A stretch of 55,904 nt of DNA from an uncultured Gammaproteobacteria bacterium (GTDB lineage Bacteria; Patescibacteriota; Microgenomatia; UBA8517), in NCBI GenBank assembly GCA_964502815.1, contig CAZCXV010000004.1, forward strand, positions 18,150-74,053, in the 5' to 3' direction. Shown here in pieces: positions 44,420 to 53,779 of this stretch (position 1 is its first letter; each line of letters begins with the position of its first letter). Under the pieces are notes generated by a model. That model saw nothing but the letters and a program-made list of their open reading frames with translations. It made no database searches and was not told the origin of the DNA. Position numbers and translations under genes: made by a program.

Positions 44420-45640
44420 TTAGTTTACAAGATTTTGCAAGTATTCGTCTATGGCCCGATAATCTAATTGGAGTTTAGTTTGAGTTTTGGCTTGCATATT
44501 TTTAACTGTGATTAGGTTTTGAGCCAGTTCTTCAGGGCCAATAATTAAAACAAATGAAATCTGCTTTTTATCTGCGTACTTTAGTTGCTTTTCTAATTTC
44601 ACTTCGGGATCGGGATAGATTTCAGTATTTATTCCTAGTTTTCTTAACTGCCCACCAATCTCAACTGATTTGGCAAATAACTCTTTGGAAAAAACGGTGA
44701 CAAGAGCCTTCGTGGTAGTTTCAAAATCAGGAAGTAGATTACAAGCTTCTAAAGCTTCAAGTGTTCTGTCAAAGCCTATGCCAATGCCCGTTGCTGGAAT
44801 TTTTTGACCGGTTATTTTTTCCATTAGACCATCATATCTTTCGCCGCCACCAACCGATCCTGCACCGTACTCTGGAATTACTATTTCCCAAATGGGGCCT
44901 TGAGAGTAGGAAAAAGATCTGGCCAGAGTTGGTTCAAACTGGTACCAATCTTTGTCAAAGCCTGATTTCTCTAGGTATTCAAAAATTTGAATAATTTCTT
45001 CATTTGGCTTTAGATTTTTAACATAGTTAAAGTACTGCCTAGCTTTGTCTTTGGCTATACCTTTTGCCACCATCTCAGAAACAACTCCTTCTTCGCCAAT
45101 CTTGGCTAATTTGTCTATGGCAACAATGGCTTCATATGGCAGATCTTTCATTGGTGTGCGGCTATTTACTGCAGCAATCGCCCTTTTAAAGCCTAAAGAT
45201 TTATACAGATCTAAAGTTGCTGCAATTATTTCGGCATCGGCTAGAGGAGAGGTAACACCAAAAATATCAATGTCAGATTGGGTAAACTCACGATATCGCC
45301 CTTTTTGTGGCTTTTCGGATCTGAATGCTGATTGAATTTGATATCTTCTGAATGGAAAGGTAATTTTGTCAAAATTTTCACCAACAACTCGACAAGTGGG
45401 AACAGTTTGATCATATCGAAGTGCAACTTTTCTTCCACCTTGATCTTCAAACCTGAAAAAAAGTTTTTCATCTTCACCAATAACACCAGTAAATAATTCC
45501 AATGGCTCAAGTGTTGGAGTCTCCATTGGTTCATAACCCCATTTTTCAAAAATAGAAATCATCTTATCTCTAAGCCAGGCTCTTTTCTTGGCCTCACTTG
45601 GCAAAAAATCCCTAAAACCTTTTAATGTTTGATATTTCAT
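44420..45640 (-). CDS. hisS: histidyl-tRNA synthetase
   Basis: LKGFRDFLP, FRSEKPQKGRYREF (motif 2) and GIGIGFDR (motif 3). Start taken at MKYQTLKGF (45640) rather than the track start at 45685. Confidence 0.9.
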   Translation of the reverse strand: MKYQTLKGFRDFLPSEAKKRAWLRDKMISIFEKWGYEPMETPTLEPLELFTGVIGEDEKLFFRFEDQGGRKVALRYDQTVPTCRVVGENFDKITFPFRRYQIQSAFRSEKPQKGRYREFTQSDIDIFGVTSPLADAEIIAATLDLYKSLGFKRAIAAVNSRTPMKDLPYEAIVAIDKLAKIGEEGVVSEMVAKGIAKDKARQYFNYVKNLKPNEEIIQIFEYLEKSGFDKDWYQFEPTLARSFSYSQGPIWEIVIPEYGAGSVGGGERYDGLMEKITGQKIPATGIGIGFDRTLEALEACNLLPDFETTTKALVTVFSKELFAKSVEIGGQLRKLGINTEIYPDPEVKLEKQLKYADKKQISFVLIIGPEELAQNLITVKNMQAKTQTKLQLDYRAIDEYLQNLVN

Positions 45641-45660
45641 ATTGGTTAAGTTTGATTTTA

Positions 45661-46944
45661 TCATTTTTGTAGCTTTCTGTTCCATTCTTCGGCCGCTTTT
45701 AAAATATACAAAACAGGTATAAATCTCTTTTCAGTTTCATCATCGATTACATAATTCGTATCTCGTTCTCTTTTTTCTGTACTTATCATAACCGTATTTG
45801 GTCCCAAGTCTGCAATAACCGCGCCTTGGGCAGCATTGACTGCCCACAACTTTCTGATTATTTCAAGCGACTTTGCTCTATTTTCTGACTTTGGATAGAG
45901 TTTCTTTTTGTCTTGGCTTTCATTTATCCTTTCAACAGAAGTTTCAAATCTTTGAGACCATTTTCTGCTGAAATCATCATCGTCTAAAAGTGAAATAACT
46001 TTTTTTAATATTCTTGTTTTTACTTTCCAGTAAATTGAACTATTGTTTGTAACTTCTGAGATGGGAATGGCAATTACATCACCCCCAAAATCAACTAAGT
46101 ATTTATCAAGATTTTGAATATATAATTCTATATTTTTCAAATTAGTATCACTAACAGGGCCATACTGACCAATTTCAGTGTAGTCTGTGTCTGCAACAAA
46201 AATTATCAAGGTTGTGTCTATTTGATAATATTCAAAGAACTCTTTCACTTGGTTTAACTCATTCAATATTAACGGTATAGCTTCTAATTTTGAATTTGTT
46301 TTGTAGGCATTTAAGTTTGGCACGGCTTGATATCCACCATTGTAATCAAACTCATTTATCAAGCAAAGCATGGTTACTAAATTTATCGTTTCACCATTCA
46401 AACCATTGAAAAGCGATTCTTTGAATTTCTTTCCATTCCAGATTTCATCTGTTTTAATTAGATCTAGTTCAAATAATATACTGGCCAACTTAAAAGCTTT
46501 TTCAGGGTCAGAAAGTCTTTGTTGGCATTTGTTGACTAGATTATTTAACCTCTTCAAGGCTTGATTTTCATAAGTATCTACCAAGAAAGATTCCATATCA
46601 CTTGACGATATGTTTATGTATATTTCATTTCTTACTATCTCATTAGCTTCAGAAAGGCTAATACTCATTTGGTCAGCACATTTACAAACCCGTCTGTTGT
46701 ATTCATCGCCATAATCATCCCCAGTGTTTTGTTTTTTGAGCTTCAACAGTTTGTTGTCAAAAGTTTGTTTCTTTACTTTCTCTAGTTCAGTTTGTGCATT
46801 TTGTTTTTTGGCAATTGCTTTTTTGGTTTCGTAGACCAAGTTGTCAGCAATCCACCTTTTTGCCTCTTGTTCAATTTGTACTTCGCTTTGGCTCTGGGAA
46901 ACTCGAGAAAAAAATTCCTCAAGAGTTAAGTCACCCAGAGCCAT
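45661..46944 (-). CDS. hypothetical protein (427 aa), orphan
   Basis: Long ORF between tRNA-His and hisS with no motif I recognise. Confidence 0.45.
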   Translation of the reverse strand: MALGDLTLEEFFSRVSQSQSEVQIEQEAKRWIADNLVYETKKAIAKKQNAQTELEKVKKQTFDNKLLKLKKQNTGDDYGDEYNRRVCKCADQMSISLSEANEIVRNEIYINISSSDMESFLVDTYENQALKRLNNLVNKCQQRLSDPEKAFKLASILFELDLIKTDEIWNGKKFKESLFNGLNGETINLVTMLCLINEFDYNGGYQAVPNLNAYKTNSKLEAIPLILNELNQVKEFFEYYQIDTTLIIFVADTDYTEIGQYGPVSDTNLKNIELYIQNLDKYLVDFGGDVIAIPISEVTNNSSIYWKVKTRILKKVISLLDDDDFSRKWSQRFETSVERINESQDKKKLYPKSENRAKSLEIIRKLWAVNAAQGAVIADLGPNTVMISTEKRERDTNYVIDDETEKRFIPVLYILKAAEEWNRKLQK

Positions 46945-47192
46945 ATATGGTCCAGCTCTTTATCATATCCCCAAGTCTTTGCTCTTCCAGCTACTTTTAC
47001 AATCACGGCCTTGGGAGATAAATTTGTATTGGTGGTTAGTTCATTTAGTTTTTGCTGTGCATTGTCAGTTGCTTGTTGACTTATAACTTCTCGAACTGTT
47101 TTTCCATCCCACCAAAAAGTAGGACGGTCGAGAAATCGTCCAAACAAAGTTTCTGTGCTTGTATTTAGTCTTTCCATGTTTTTCTTTTTCAT
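46926..47192 (-). CDS. hypothetical protein (88 aa)
   Basis: ORF that begins 8 nt downstream of tRNA-His and overlaps the next ORF by 19 nt. Confidence 0.35.
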   Translation of the reverse strand: MKKKNMERLNTSTETLFGRFLDRPTFWWDGKTVREVISQQATDNAQQKLNELTTNTNLSPKAVIVKVAGRAKTWGYDKELDHIWLWVT

Positions 47193-47199
47193 TCTTTAG

Positions 47200-47277
47200 G
47201 GTGGGTGAGGGGAGTTGAACCCCCGATCTAATGCTTCACAGGCATTCGCTTTAAACCAAAACTAAGCTACACCCACC
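47200..47277 (-). tRNA. tRNA-His (anticodon GTG) with genome-encoded G-1 opposite C73
   Basis: Cloverleaf folded by hand: acceptor GTGGGTG/CACCCAC, D arm GCTT..AAGC, anticodon stem AATGC/GCATT with loop CTGTGAA, T arm GGGGG-TTCAACT-CCCCT. No encoded CCA. Confidence 0.85.
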
Positions 47278-47304
47278 AAATTAGGCTTTTATTAAATTAA
47301 AAAA

Positions 47305-47366
47305 GCCCTCGCTTCCTAACGATCAGACACGCATGTGATCATCAAGAAACGAGGGCTCTCTTTTTT
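47305..47366. terminator. long imperfect hairpin (GCCCTCG...CGAGGGC) flanked by an A run and a T run; bidirectional terminator-like
   Basis: Outer 7-bp and inner 5-bp (GATCA/TGATC) stems read directly. Confidence 0.45.
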
Positions 47367-47380
47367 GCGTTTACTAAACG

Positions 47381-47402
47381 AAAAAAGGACCTCCCGTGGT
47401 CC
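47381..47402 (-). terminator. minus-strand intrinsic terminator GGACC-acggga-GGTCC plus T6
   Basis: Read directly on the reverse complement. It closes a roughly 225-nt GC-elevated untranslated segment downstream of the 47605-48597 gene. Confidence 0.5.
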
Positions 47403-47604
47403 CATTCTTATTCCAAATAGTTTTGAGCTATTTGGCTCTTGGTCCCAGCTCCGCGCGATTAACCTTGCGACACTAGGTGAAGTTTCTTTAGTACGGCTTT
47501 ACTTTCCTTTCCGTCAGGTATTTGGCCTGCAGCTCCTGGATCGTGACTCCAGTACAAACGCTTTATCTAAACTGGGAGTATGATATCTCAACTTGGTTTC
47601 TTTG

Positions 47605-48597
47605 TCAAATAATAAATAAAGATCGGGTAGAGGAGAAAGAGGTCTCTTGAGGCAGTCCGACAATTATTACTTTTTGACCCTGTTTGAGTTCTTTAAGGCT
47701 AGGACCTGTCCACTTTTTGGCAAACTCTACTTTCCAATCTTTGCCCTTATTGTCTTTCAAAGTAAGGCTTTTTTTGGCGATTTCTGTCACTTCTCCATAG
47801 ATAGCTTGAAAATTAACTTCCTCAGGCTTTGCAGTGACTAGAATTCTTTTGCCATCCATGACATTCGTACCCATAAAGCCTAGGGCGGCAATATAGTCGC
47901 CAATCGCTAGGTCTTTTAATTCCATCTTTTTGCTTACATCATTAACTTTTACGTATTCGGTAACCTCGTCAGTCAGGGAAATTTGCAGGATTTCATCAGC
48001 TTCATTTTTAATTTGGATTGTTTTATCAGTAATATCAGTTATGATTCCCAAATAGACAATTGGGTTTTTGATAGCTTCAGCCAACTTTTCCTTTACCTTC
48101 TCTCTAATTGCATCGGCGCTGTTTGTTGATTCTTTGTTGTTTTCGCTTTTTTCTTCCGTGTTTTCCAAAAACTTGGCAAATTCAGACGAGTAGACCAAAG
48201 TAAGGTTTTCTTGGGACAAGCCGTTAAGTGGATCAAAAGAAACGATTTTTAGAATGTTTAATCCGCCTGACAAATCGGCTTTTACTTCAAAACCTCCTTT
48301 AGCATCTGTTTTACTAATTGTGTCCTCTGTTTGGGCAACAACGACAACTTGAGACTCGGGCTTTGAAATACCAGTAATTTTTGCAGTTGAGGTTGTAGCA
48401 ATAGAAAGATTTTTAGGTGAGGCAATGGTAAAGTTAAATTCATTTTGAGCCGATTTTATTACTTGAACTGTTTGGGGTTTGGCAGTAGCTTTAGAAATAG
48501 TAGATTTGAGAGCTATGTTGGCGCGCCAAACGCCAAATGCAATGATTAGACCCAATACCGATCCTGACAAAATTGCAAAAACGACTTCCTTTTTCAT
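47605..48597 (-). CDS. membrane-anchored extracytoplasmic hypothetical protein (330 aa)
   Basis: N-terminal TM helix VVFAILSGSVLGLIIAFGVW followed by a beta-rich-looking region. Confidence 0.5.
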   Translation of the reverse strand: MKKEVVFAILSGSVLGLIIAFGVWRANIALKSTISKATAKPQTVQVIKSAQNEFNFTIASPKNLSIATTSTAKITGISKPESQVVVVAQTEDTISKTDAKGGFEVKADLSGGLNILKIVSFDPLNGLSQENLTLVYSSEFAKFLENTEEKSENNKESTNSADAIREKVKEKLAEAIKNPIVYLGIITDITDKTIQIKNEADEILQISLTDEVTEYVKVNDVSKKMELKDLAIGDYIAALGFMGTNVMDGKRILVTAKPEEVNFQAIYGEVTEIAKKSLTLKDNKGKDWKVEFAKKWTGPSLKELKQGQKVIIVGLPQETSFSSTRSLFII

Positions 48598-48687
48598 TTA
48601 ACCTGCATACTATATGATAGTTAGTAAGGAGAGTCAAATTAATGGTCTTGCGGCAGGGCGTCTTATTTGCTAGGATGCATCTACAAC

Positions 48688-49335
48688 ATGGACATTACTT
48701 ACTTAGGGCACTCGGCTTTTAGAATCAAAACCAAAAACCACACTATTGTGACTGATCCTTATAATTCTTCAATTGGCTTGAAGTTTCCCAAAACAGAAGC
48801 AGATTTAGTGACGGTCTCACATGATCATTTTGATCATAATGATCTTTCAGGCCTCAAAGATTACAAAAAAGTTTTCAATTCTCCAGGCGAATATGAAATT
48901 GGAGGAGTTTCTGTCTTTGGTATTCCTTCCTTCCACGACAACAAAAAAGGGGAGGAGCGGGGAAAAAATACTATCTTTGTCATTGAAACCGAAGGCGTAA
49001 CTATCTGTCACCTTGGTGACCTGGGACATTTGTTAGCAGAAGACCAGATAGACGAGATAGGCGATGTTGATATTTTACTGGTTCCGGTTGGTGGAACCTA
49101 CACAATCTCTGCAAAAGAGGCTGTTGATGTGGTGCAGGCAATTGACCCTAAGATAATTATTCCTATGCACTACAAACTCCCTGGTCACGACCAGGAAAAG
49201 TTTGGCCAGCTTGAAACAGTAGATGCTTTTGTTAGTGCCCTTGGTGTGAAGTCAGAAACTCTTCCCAAGCTTTCCTACAAGCCTGGCGACTTGCTTGAAG
49301 AGGAGCAAAGAGTGTATATCTTGGAAGTAAAGTAA
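48688..49335 (+). CDS. metallo-beta-lactamase-fold hydrolase (UPF0173-like)
   Basis: MDITYLGHSAFRIK and SHDHFDHND motifs. Start taken at the internal ATG at 48688. Confidence 0.75.
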   Translation: MDITYLGHSAFRIKTKNHTIVTDPYNSSIGLKFPKTEADLVTVSHDHFDHNDLSGLKDYKKVFNSPGEYEIGGVSVFGIPSFHDNKKGEERGKNTIFVIETEGVTICHLGDLGHLLAEDQIDEIGDVDILLVPVGGTYTISAKEAVDVVQAIDPKIIIPMHYKLPGHDQEKFGQLETVDAFVSALGVKSETLPKLSYKPGDLLEEEQRVYILEVK

Positions 49336-49372
49336 GTCTCCGGTAAGGTCGCACCCTTATGCTACTAACAAT

Positions 49373-50704
49373 ATGGCAAACAATTTAAAAGTTCCACCTA
49401 ATTCAATTGACGCAGAAACTTCAGTTTTGGGGGCGCTTCTACTTGACAAAGATGCAATAATTTCAATTGCATCTTTTCTTTCTCCTGGCCATTTCTATGA
49501 TGACAAGCATGGAGAGCTTTATGAAGCAATTCTTGAACTTTATGAAGAAAGAACGCCAGTTGACGTTTTAACTGTTTCAGACAAGCTAACCAAAAGAAAA
49601 TCTTTAAAAAAACTGGGTGGCAGAACTTACCTTACTGAGCTTGCCAATAAAGTACCAACTGCAGCCCACGTCGAACACTATGCAAAGATAGTTAAAGACC
49701 TGGCAACAAAAAGAAGCTTAATGAATGCTTCGGCAAAACTGGTTGAGCTTTCGATGGATGAGGGACTTACAGCAGATGAACTTTTAGACAAAGCAGAGTC
49801 GCATATTTTTTCACTTACCCAAAAGCACATGGTTCAGGGCTTTATACCGGTAAAAGCTGCTCTTGCAGATTCTTTTGACAGACTTGATGAGCTCCATAAA
49901 CTGGGAAGTGGATTAAGGGGACTTCCAACTGGTCTTAAACAGTTAGATGATATTACTGCCGGTTTGCAAAAATCTAATTTATTAATTCTTGCAGCTAGAC
50001 CTGGAGGTGGCAAAAGCTCGTTGGCTTTAAATATTGCCCAGAATTTGGCTGTCAATCACAAAAGGCCGGTCGCTATTTTCTCACTTGAAATGAGTAAGGA
50101 AGAGCTGGTAGATAGACTTTTAGTTGCTCAGGCAGATATTGATGCCTGGAAATTAAAAACCGGAAAATTAGATCAGGATGATTTTACCAAGTTCTCAAAT
50201 GCCATGGGAGAATTGGCTGAAGCCCCTTTGTTTATTGATGATACTCCAGCTCAGACGATTCTTGAAATGCGGGCTAAAGCTAGAAGACTTCAAGTGGAGC
50301 ATGGAATTGATCTTTTAATTGTTGATTACCTCCAACTTGCACAAGGGAGAAATAAAGAAAATAGGGTTCAGGAAGTTTCAGAGATTGCCGATGGTTTGAA
50401 AAATTTGGCTAGAGAATTAAAAATTCCAGTTCTTGCTCTTTCACAGCTTTCGCGAGCTGTGGAGTCAAGAGATATAAAAAGGCCGCAACTGGCCGATCTT
50501 CGCGAAAGTGGTGGCATAGAGCAATCTGCAGATTTGGTGATGTTTTTGTGGCCGGAAAACGATGAAGACAGGTCTCAAATTGTTTTAGATATTGCCAAAC
50601 ACAGAAGTGGACCACTTGCACAAATCAAGCTCTTCTTCAAAGGAGAAAGAACCAGGTTCTACGAGCGTGACGCTGACCGTTCGCAAGGTTCTAGTGAAAA
50701 CTAG
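49373..50704 (+). CDS. dnaB: replicative DNA helicase DnaB
   Basis: PPNSIDAETSVLGALLLD N-terminus, Walker A ARPGGGKSS, FSLEMS, and Walker B-type LLIVDYLQL. Confidence 0.95.
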   Translation: MANNLKVPPNSIDAETSVLGALLLDKDAIISIASFLSPGHFYDDKHGELYEAILELYEERTPVDVLTVSDKLTKRKSLKKLGGRTYLTELANKVPTAAHVEHYAKIVKDLATKRSLMNASAKLVELSMDEGLTADELLDKAESHIFSLTQKHMVQGFIPVKAALADSFDRLDELHKLGSGLRGLPTGLKQLDDITAGLQKSNLLILAARPGGGKSSLALNIAQNLAVNHKRPVAIFSLEMSKEELVDRLLVAQADIDAWKLKTGKLDQDDFTKFSNAMGELAEAPLFIDDTPAQTILEMRAKARRLQVEHGIDLLIVDYLQLAQGRNKENRVQEVSEIADGLKNLARELKIPVLALSQLSRAVESRDIKRPQLADLRESGGIEQSADLVMFLWPENDEDRSQIVLDIAKHRSGPLAQIKLFFKGERTRFYERDADRSQGSSEN

Positions 50705-50743
50705 GTTCTTACGAGAGGGAAGTCAATAAGATTGATTAGTTTG

Positions 50744-50830
50744 TGGTGCCAGAGGTGGGATTTGAACCCACATGAGATGTGATCTCACACGATTTTGAGT
50801 CGTGCGCGTAAACCGTTCCGCCACTCTGGC
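50744..50830 (-). tRNA. tRNA-Leu (anticodon CAA), class II long variable arm, CCA encoded
   Basis: Folded by hand: acceptor GCCAGAG/CTCTGGC, anticodon stem CACGA/TCGTG with loop CTCAAAA, T loop GGTTCAAATCC, 3' CCA. Confidence 0.85.
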
Positions 50831-50903
50831 AACTAACGGTATTTTACCATTCCTTCTTATTCTTGTCAGCCTTGGGGAAAGTAGAGTAAAATACAGCAAG
50901 TAA

Positions 50904-51461
50904 ATGATTAATGCCACGGATTTAAAAGGAGGAACAACTTTTCTCCACAATAACCAGCCATTTAGAGTTATTAAATATAACTTGGTCAAAATGGGTAGAG
51001 GTGGAGCTACTGTCAAGGTAAGTGCCAGAAATTTAGAAACTGGCTCAGTTAATGAATTTGGCTTTTCTTCAAATATTAAGATTGAGTCTGTTTCAACCTT
51101 AAAAAAACAATTACAGTACCTGTTTAATGACGGCGTTACTGCCACTTTCATGGATCCAAAATCGTTTGAACAGACAGAAATTTCAGTGGAAATATTAAAG
51201 TCAGAACTGCCTTACATTAAGGAAGGCGAGAATGTGGATGTCCTTTTCTGGGGAGAAAAAGCGCTCTCGGTTGATATTCAGCCAAAAGTCACTCTTGCAG
51301 TTAATGAAACAGATCCAGGAGTAAAGGGAAACTCTGTCAGTAATCTCTACAAGCCGGCAAAACTGGAAAACGGACTTTCTTTAAAAGTTCCTTTGTTTAT
51401 TAAGATCGGGGACAAAATAAGAGTAGATACCAGGACCGGAGATTATGTTGAAAGAGCTTAA
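50904..51461 (+). CDS. efp: elongation factor P
   Basis: INATDLKGGTTFLHNNQPFRVIKYNLVKMGRGGATVKV is typical of EF-P domain I. Confidence 0.9.
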   Translation: MINATDLKGGTTFLHNNQPFRVIKYNLVKMGRGGATVKVSARNLETGSVNEFGFSSNIKIESVSTLKKQLQYLFNDGVTATFMDPKSFEQTEISVEILKSELPYIKEGENVDVLFWGEKALSVDIQPKVTLAVNETDPGVKGNSVSNLYKPAKLENGLSLKVPLFIKIGDKIRVDTRTGDYVERA

Positions 51462-51483
51462 AAAGGAATCTTCTTTTAGTCTT

Positions 51484-51945
51484 TTAACCGTTTATCCACA
51501 TCAGACTTAAAATGATTACGCCAATTTGAATAAGCATACCTGGAACAAAAGCAGTTTCAACTTGCAAACTTCTTTCAAAATCAACCCATTTTTTAATCAA
51601 ACCCGTTCTTTTTTTGAAAAGAAAATATGGGCTTTTAATGACATCCGGGAGTACCGATGCAAATGACGCCAAAAGAATGACTACCGCGTGTCCATAATTA
51701 GGCAAAAACCTTGAAGCTACCCAAAAGCCAAGGCCTAAGGAGACTGCCACATCCGCTAAAGCTAGATACTTAGTCTTATTCGAAATCTTTCCCGTAGTTT
51801 TAATTTCTGTATAGCTATGGGGATTCCAATGGGGGACCTGGTCCATGACAATATGAGATATCAAAGCCAGTGGAATTGCGATATATGGATTTGGAATTTT
51901 GGCGGCAATTGCTGCTCCAACTGCCACATGGGGTGTTTCAAGCAT
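51484..51945 (-). CDS. integral membrane protein, unknown function (153 aa)
   Basis: Four or five hydrophobic helices and histidine-rich loops (HIVMDQVPHWNPH). Confidence 0.45.
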   Translation of the reverse strand: MLETPHVAVGAAIAAKIPNPYIAIPLALISHIVMDQVPHWNPHSYTEIKTTGKISNKTKYLALADVAVSLGLGFWVASRFLPNYGHAVVILLASFASVLPDVIKSPYFLFKKRTGLIKKWVDFERSLQVETAFVPGMLIQIGVIILSLMWING

Positions 51946-51980
51946 TGGTTAGAAAGCATGATATACTTTTAGTGGGTATT

Positions 51981-52616
51981 ATGTCAATTTTAGGATCACT
52001 TATTTTTGCTATAGGCAGTATTTGCTTCTTATACGTTTTTTGGAACAAATTGAAGGAAGACTATCTTCCGAGCACTATCTTTTCGGTCGGTTTTTTTGTT
52101 TTGATAGGTGTTTTAACGTTTTTTCTGTCATTTAACTTCTTAATCCTGCCAAGGGTAAGTTTGCCACAGACGGTTTCACCTGCAGGTGTTATTTTTTGGA
52201 TCAGCCTTTTGGGTGGTTTGGTGGGCTATAGTATAGGACTGGTGAAATTTAAAATTAGATTCTTTGAATCTCTGGAAGCGTATTTAGCTGGCGGATTGTA
52301 TCTGATTTTGGCTGTTTTTGTAGCCGATGCTTTTGTGTATTTAAGCGTCATCTCCTTGATTGCCGGAACTGTGACTGCACTTTTAATCATTCTTTTTTAC
52401 TTTCTGGAAACCAGATATAGGTATTTTACTTGGTATAAGTCGGGTAAAGTTGGTTTTTCAGGTTTGCTGACTTCTGGCCTTTTTTTTCTGATCCGTTCTA
52501 TAGTTTCCCTTTTCTATCCTTTTGTGCTATCCTTTTTGGGAAGAAGCGAGAGTGTAGTGTCTGGAATGGTCGCTTTCTTACTGTTTTTAGCGGTCTATAA
52601 TTTATCTCAACAATAG
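51981..52616 (+). CDS. integral membrane protein, unknown function
   Basis: Multi-TM ORF. The internal ATG at 51981 avoids overlap with the convergent-looking upstream gene. Confidence 0.45.
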   Translation: MSILGSLIFAIGSICFLYVFWNKLKEDYLPSTIFSVGFFVLIGVLTFFLSFNFLILPRVSLPQTVSPAGVIFWISLLGGLVGYSIGLVKFKIRFFESLEAYLAGGLYLILAVFVADAFVYLSVISLIAGTVTALLIILFYFLETRYRYFTWYKSGKVGFSGLLTSGLFFLIRSIVSLFYPFVLSFLGRSESVVSGMVAFLLFLAVYNLSQQ

Positions 52617-52627
52617 GGCAAAAAACT

Positions 52628-53029
52628 ATGAAAAAAAGTATTAAGGTAAAAAACAAAACTCTAAGGAAGGGCTTTAGGTTTCCACAAAATTTACTAAAAC
52701 CTGTTGCCGATTTTTTAACAGGGCAGCTGAAAAACCTTGAAAGAAGAAAGAAGAATTTGGAAGACAGCGATCCTTTTTCAGATGAATCCAGGACCTCTTC
52801 AAATTCAGCAATTGACACTGAAGCAGAAGAGCAGTTTGGCCACTCTATGAGTTCTGCTTTGAAGGAGCAGGTAGACAGAAGAATAATCCAAACTAGAAAA
52901 GCTCTGACAAGAATCAAGCTAGGTAAGTACGGCATGTGCGAAAATTGCGGTAAGATGATTGATACCGATAGGCTAATGGTCTATCCAGACGCCACAAGGT
53001 GTGTGGATTGTGAGAACGGGAAGAAATAA
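52628..53029 (+). CDS. DksA/TraR-family C4 zinc-finger protein
   Basis: C-terminal CENCGKMIDTDRLMVYPDATRCVDCE. Confidence 0.75.
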   Translation: MKKSIKVKNKTLRKGFRFPQNLLKPVADFLTGQLKNLERRKKNLEDSDPFSDESRTSSNSAIDTEAEEQFGHSMSSALKEQVDRRIIQTRKALTRIKLGKYGMCENCGKMIDTDRLMVYPDATRCVDCENGKK

Positions 53030-53042
53030 TTTCTCTAAATAA

Positions 53043-53774
53043 ATGGATAAACCCCAAATTATTTTTGAAGATGATGCTTTTATGGTTTTAGATAAGCCTG
53101 CAGGTTGGATTGTCAATAGTGCAGGGACAACTACAACTCAGCCGGTTGTTCAAGCTTGGCTGAAAGACAATTTTAACTTTGAAATCGCAAAAAATGATGA
53201 ATTTAGAAGTGGGGTAGTGCACAGGCTTGATAAAGAAACCAGTGGTATTCTCTTAATTGCTAAAACAAAACAAGCATTTGTAGAACTGCAAAGACAATTT
53301 AAAGAAAGACTGGTCAAAAAAACTTACCTTGCTCTTGTCCATGGAGAAATTAAGGACAAAAAGGGAGAGATTAAGGCTGCAGTTGGCAGGCTTCCTTGGA
53401 GAAGAGACAGATTTGGCGTTTTACCAGGAGGAAGAGACGCCATAACTAAATATGAAGTTAAAGAAGTATTTGAAAAAGATGTTAATGCTTCGCAAAAAGA
53501 AAAATACAGCTTAGTGGAAGCTTTTCCGGAAACGGGTAGAACTCACCAAATTAGGATTCACTTAAAATACATTGGTCACCCGATAGTTTCTGACAACTTC
53601 TATGCAGGCAGAAAAACAGCCAGAAAAGACAGACTGTGGTGCCCAAGGCTATTTTTGCACGCCTACAAAATTGCTTTTTTATATCCTGAAACAACAAAAG
53701 AAATTTATTTTGAAGTCGCACTTCCAAAAGAACTTCGAGAGGCTTTACATGTTTTCACGCATGATCTAAACTAA
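53043..53774 (+). CDS. RluA-family pseudouridine synthase
   Basis: HRLDKETSGILLIAKT catalytic Asp motif and GRTHQIRIHL. Confidence 0.85.
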   Translation: MDKPQIIFEDDAFMVLDKPAGWIVNSAGTTTTQPVVQAWLKDNFNFEIAKNDEFRSGVVHRLDKETSGILLIAKTKQAFVELQRQFKERLVKKTYLALVHGEIKDKKGEIKAAVGRLPWRRDRFGVLPGGRDAITKYEVKEVFEKDVNASQKEKYSLVEAFPETGRTHQIRIHLKYIGHPIVSDNFYAGRKTARKDRLWCPRLFLHAYKIAFLYPETTKEIYFEVALPKELREALHVFTHDLN

Positions 53775-53779
53775 AATCA

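Noticed and set aside
47335-47583. 82-aa plus-strand ORF in the tRNA-His upstream region
   Set aside because: It lies in a hairpin-rich, GC-elevated segment containing two terminator-like structures, has no start context, and is more consistent with structured RNA.
47373-47604. Possible RNase P RNA or SRP RNA
   Set aside because: Only short motif resemblances are present. I found no complementary P4 3' strand, no GGAA-tetraloop/AGCAGC helix-8 arrangement that pairs correctly, and the segment is too short for type A RNase P. It is left unassigned.
50723-51151. 142-aa minus-strand ORF
   Set aside because: It overlaps the tRNA-Leu gene and runs antisense to efp.
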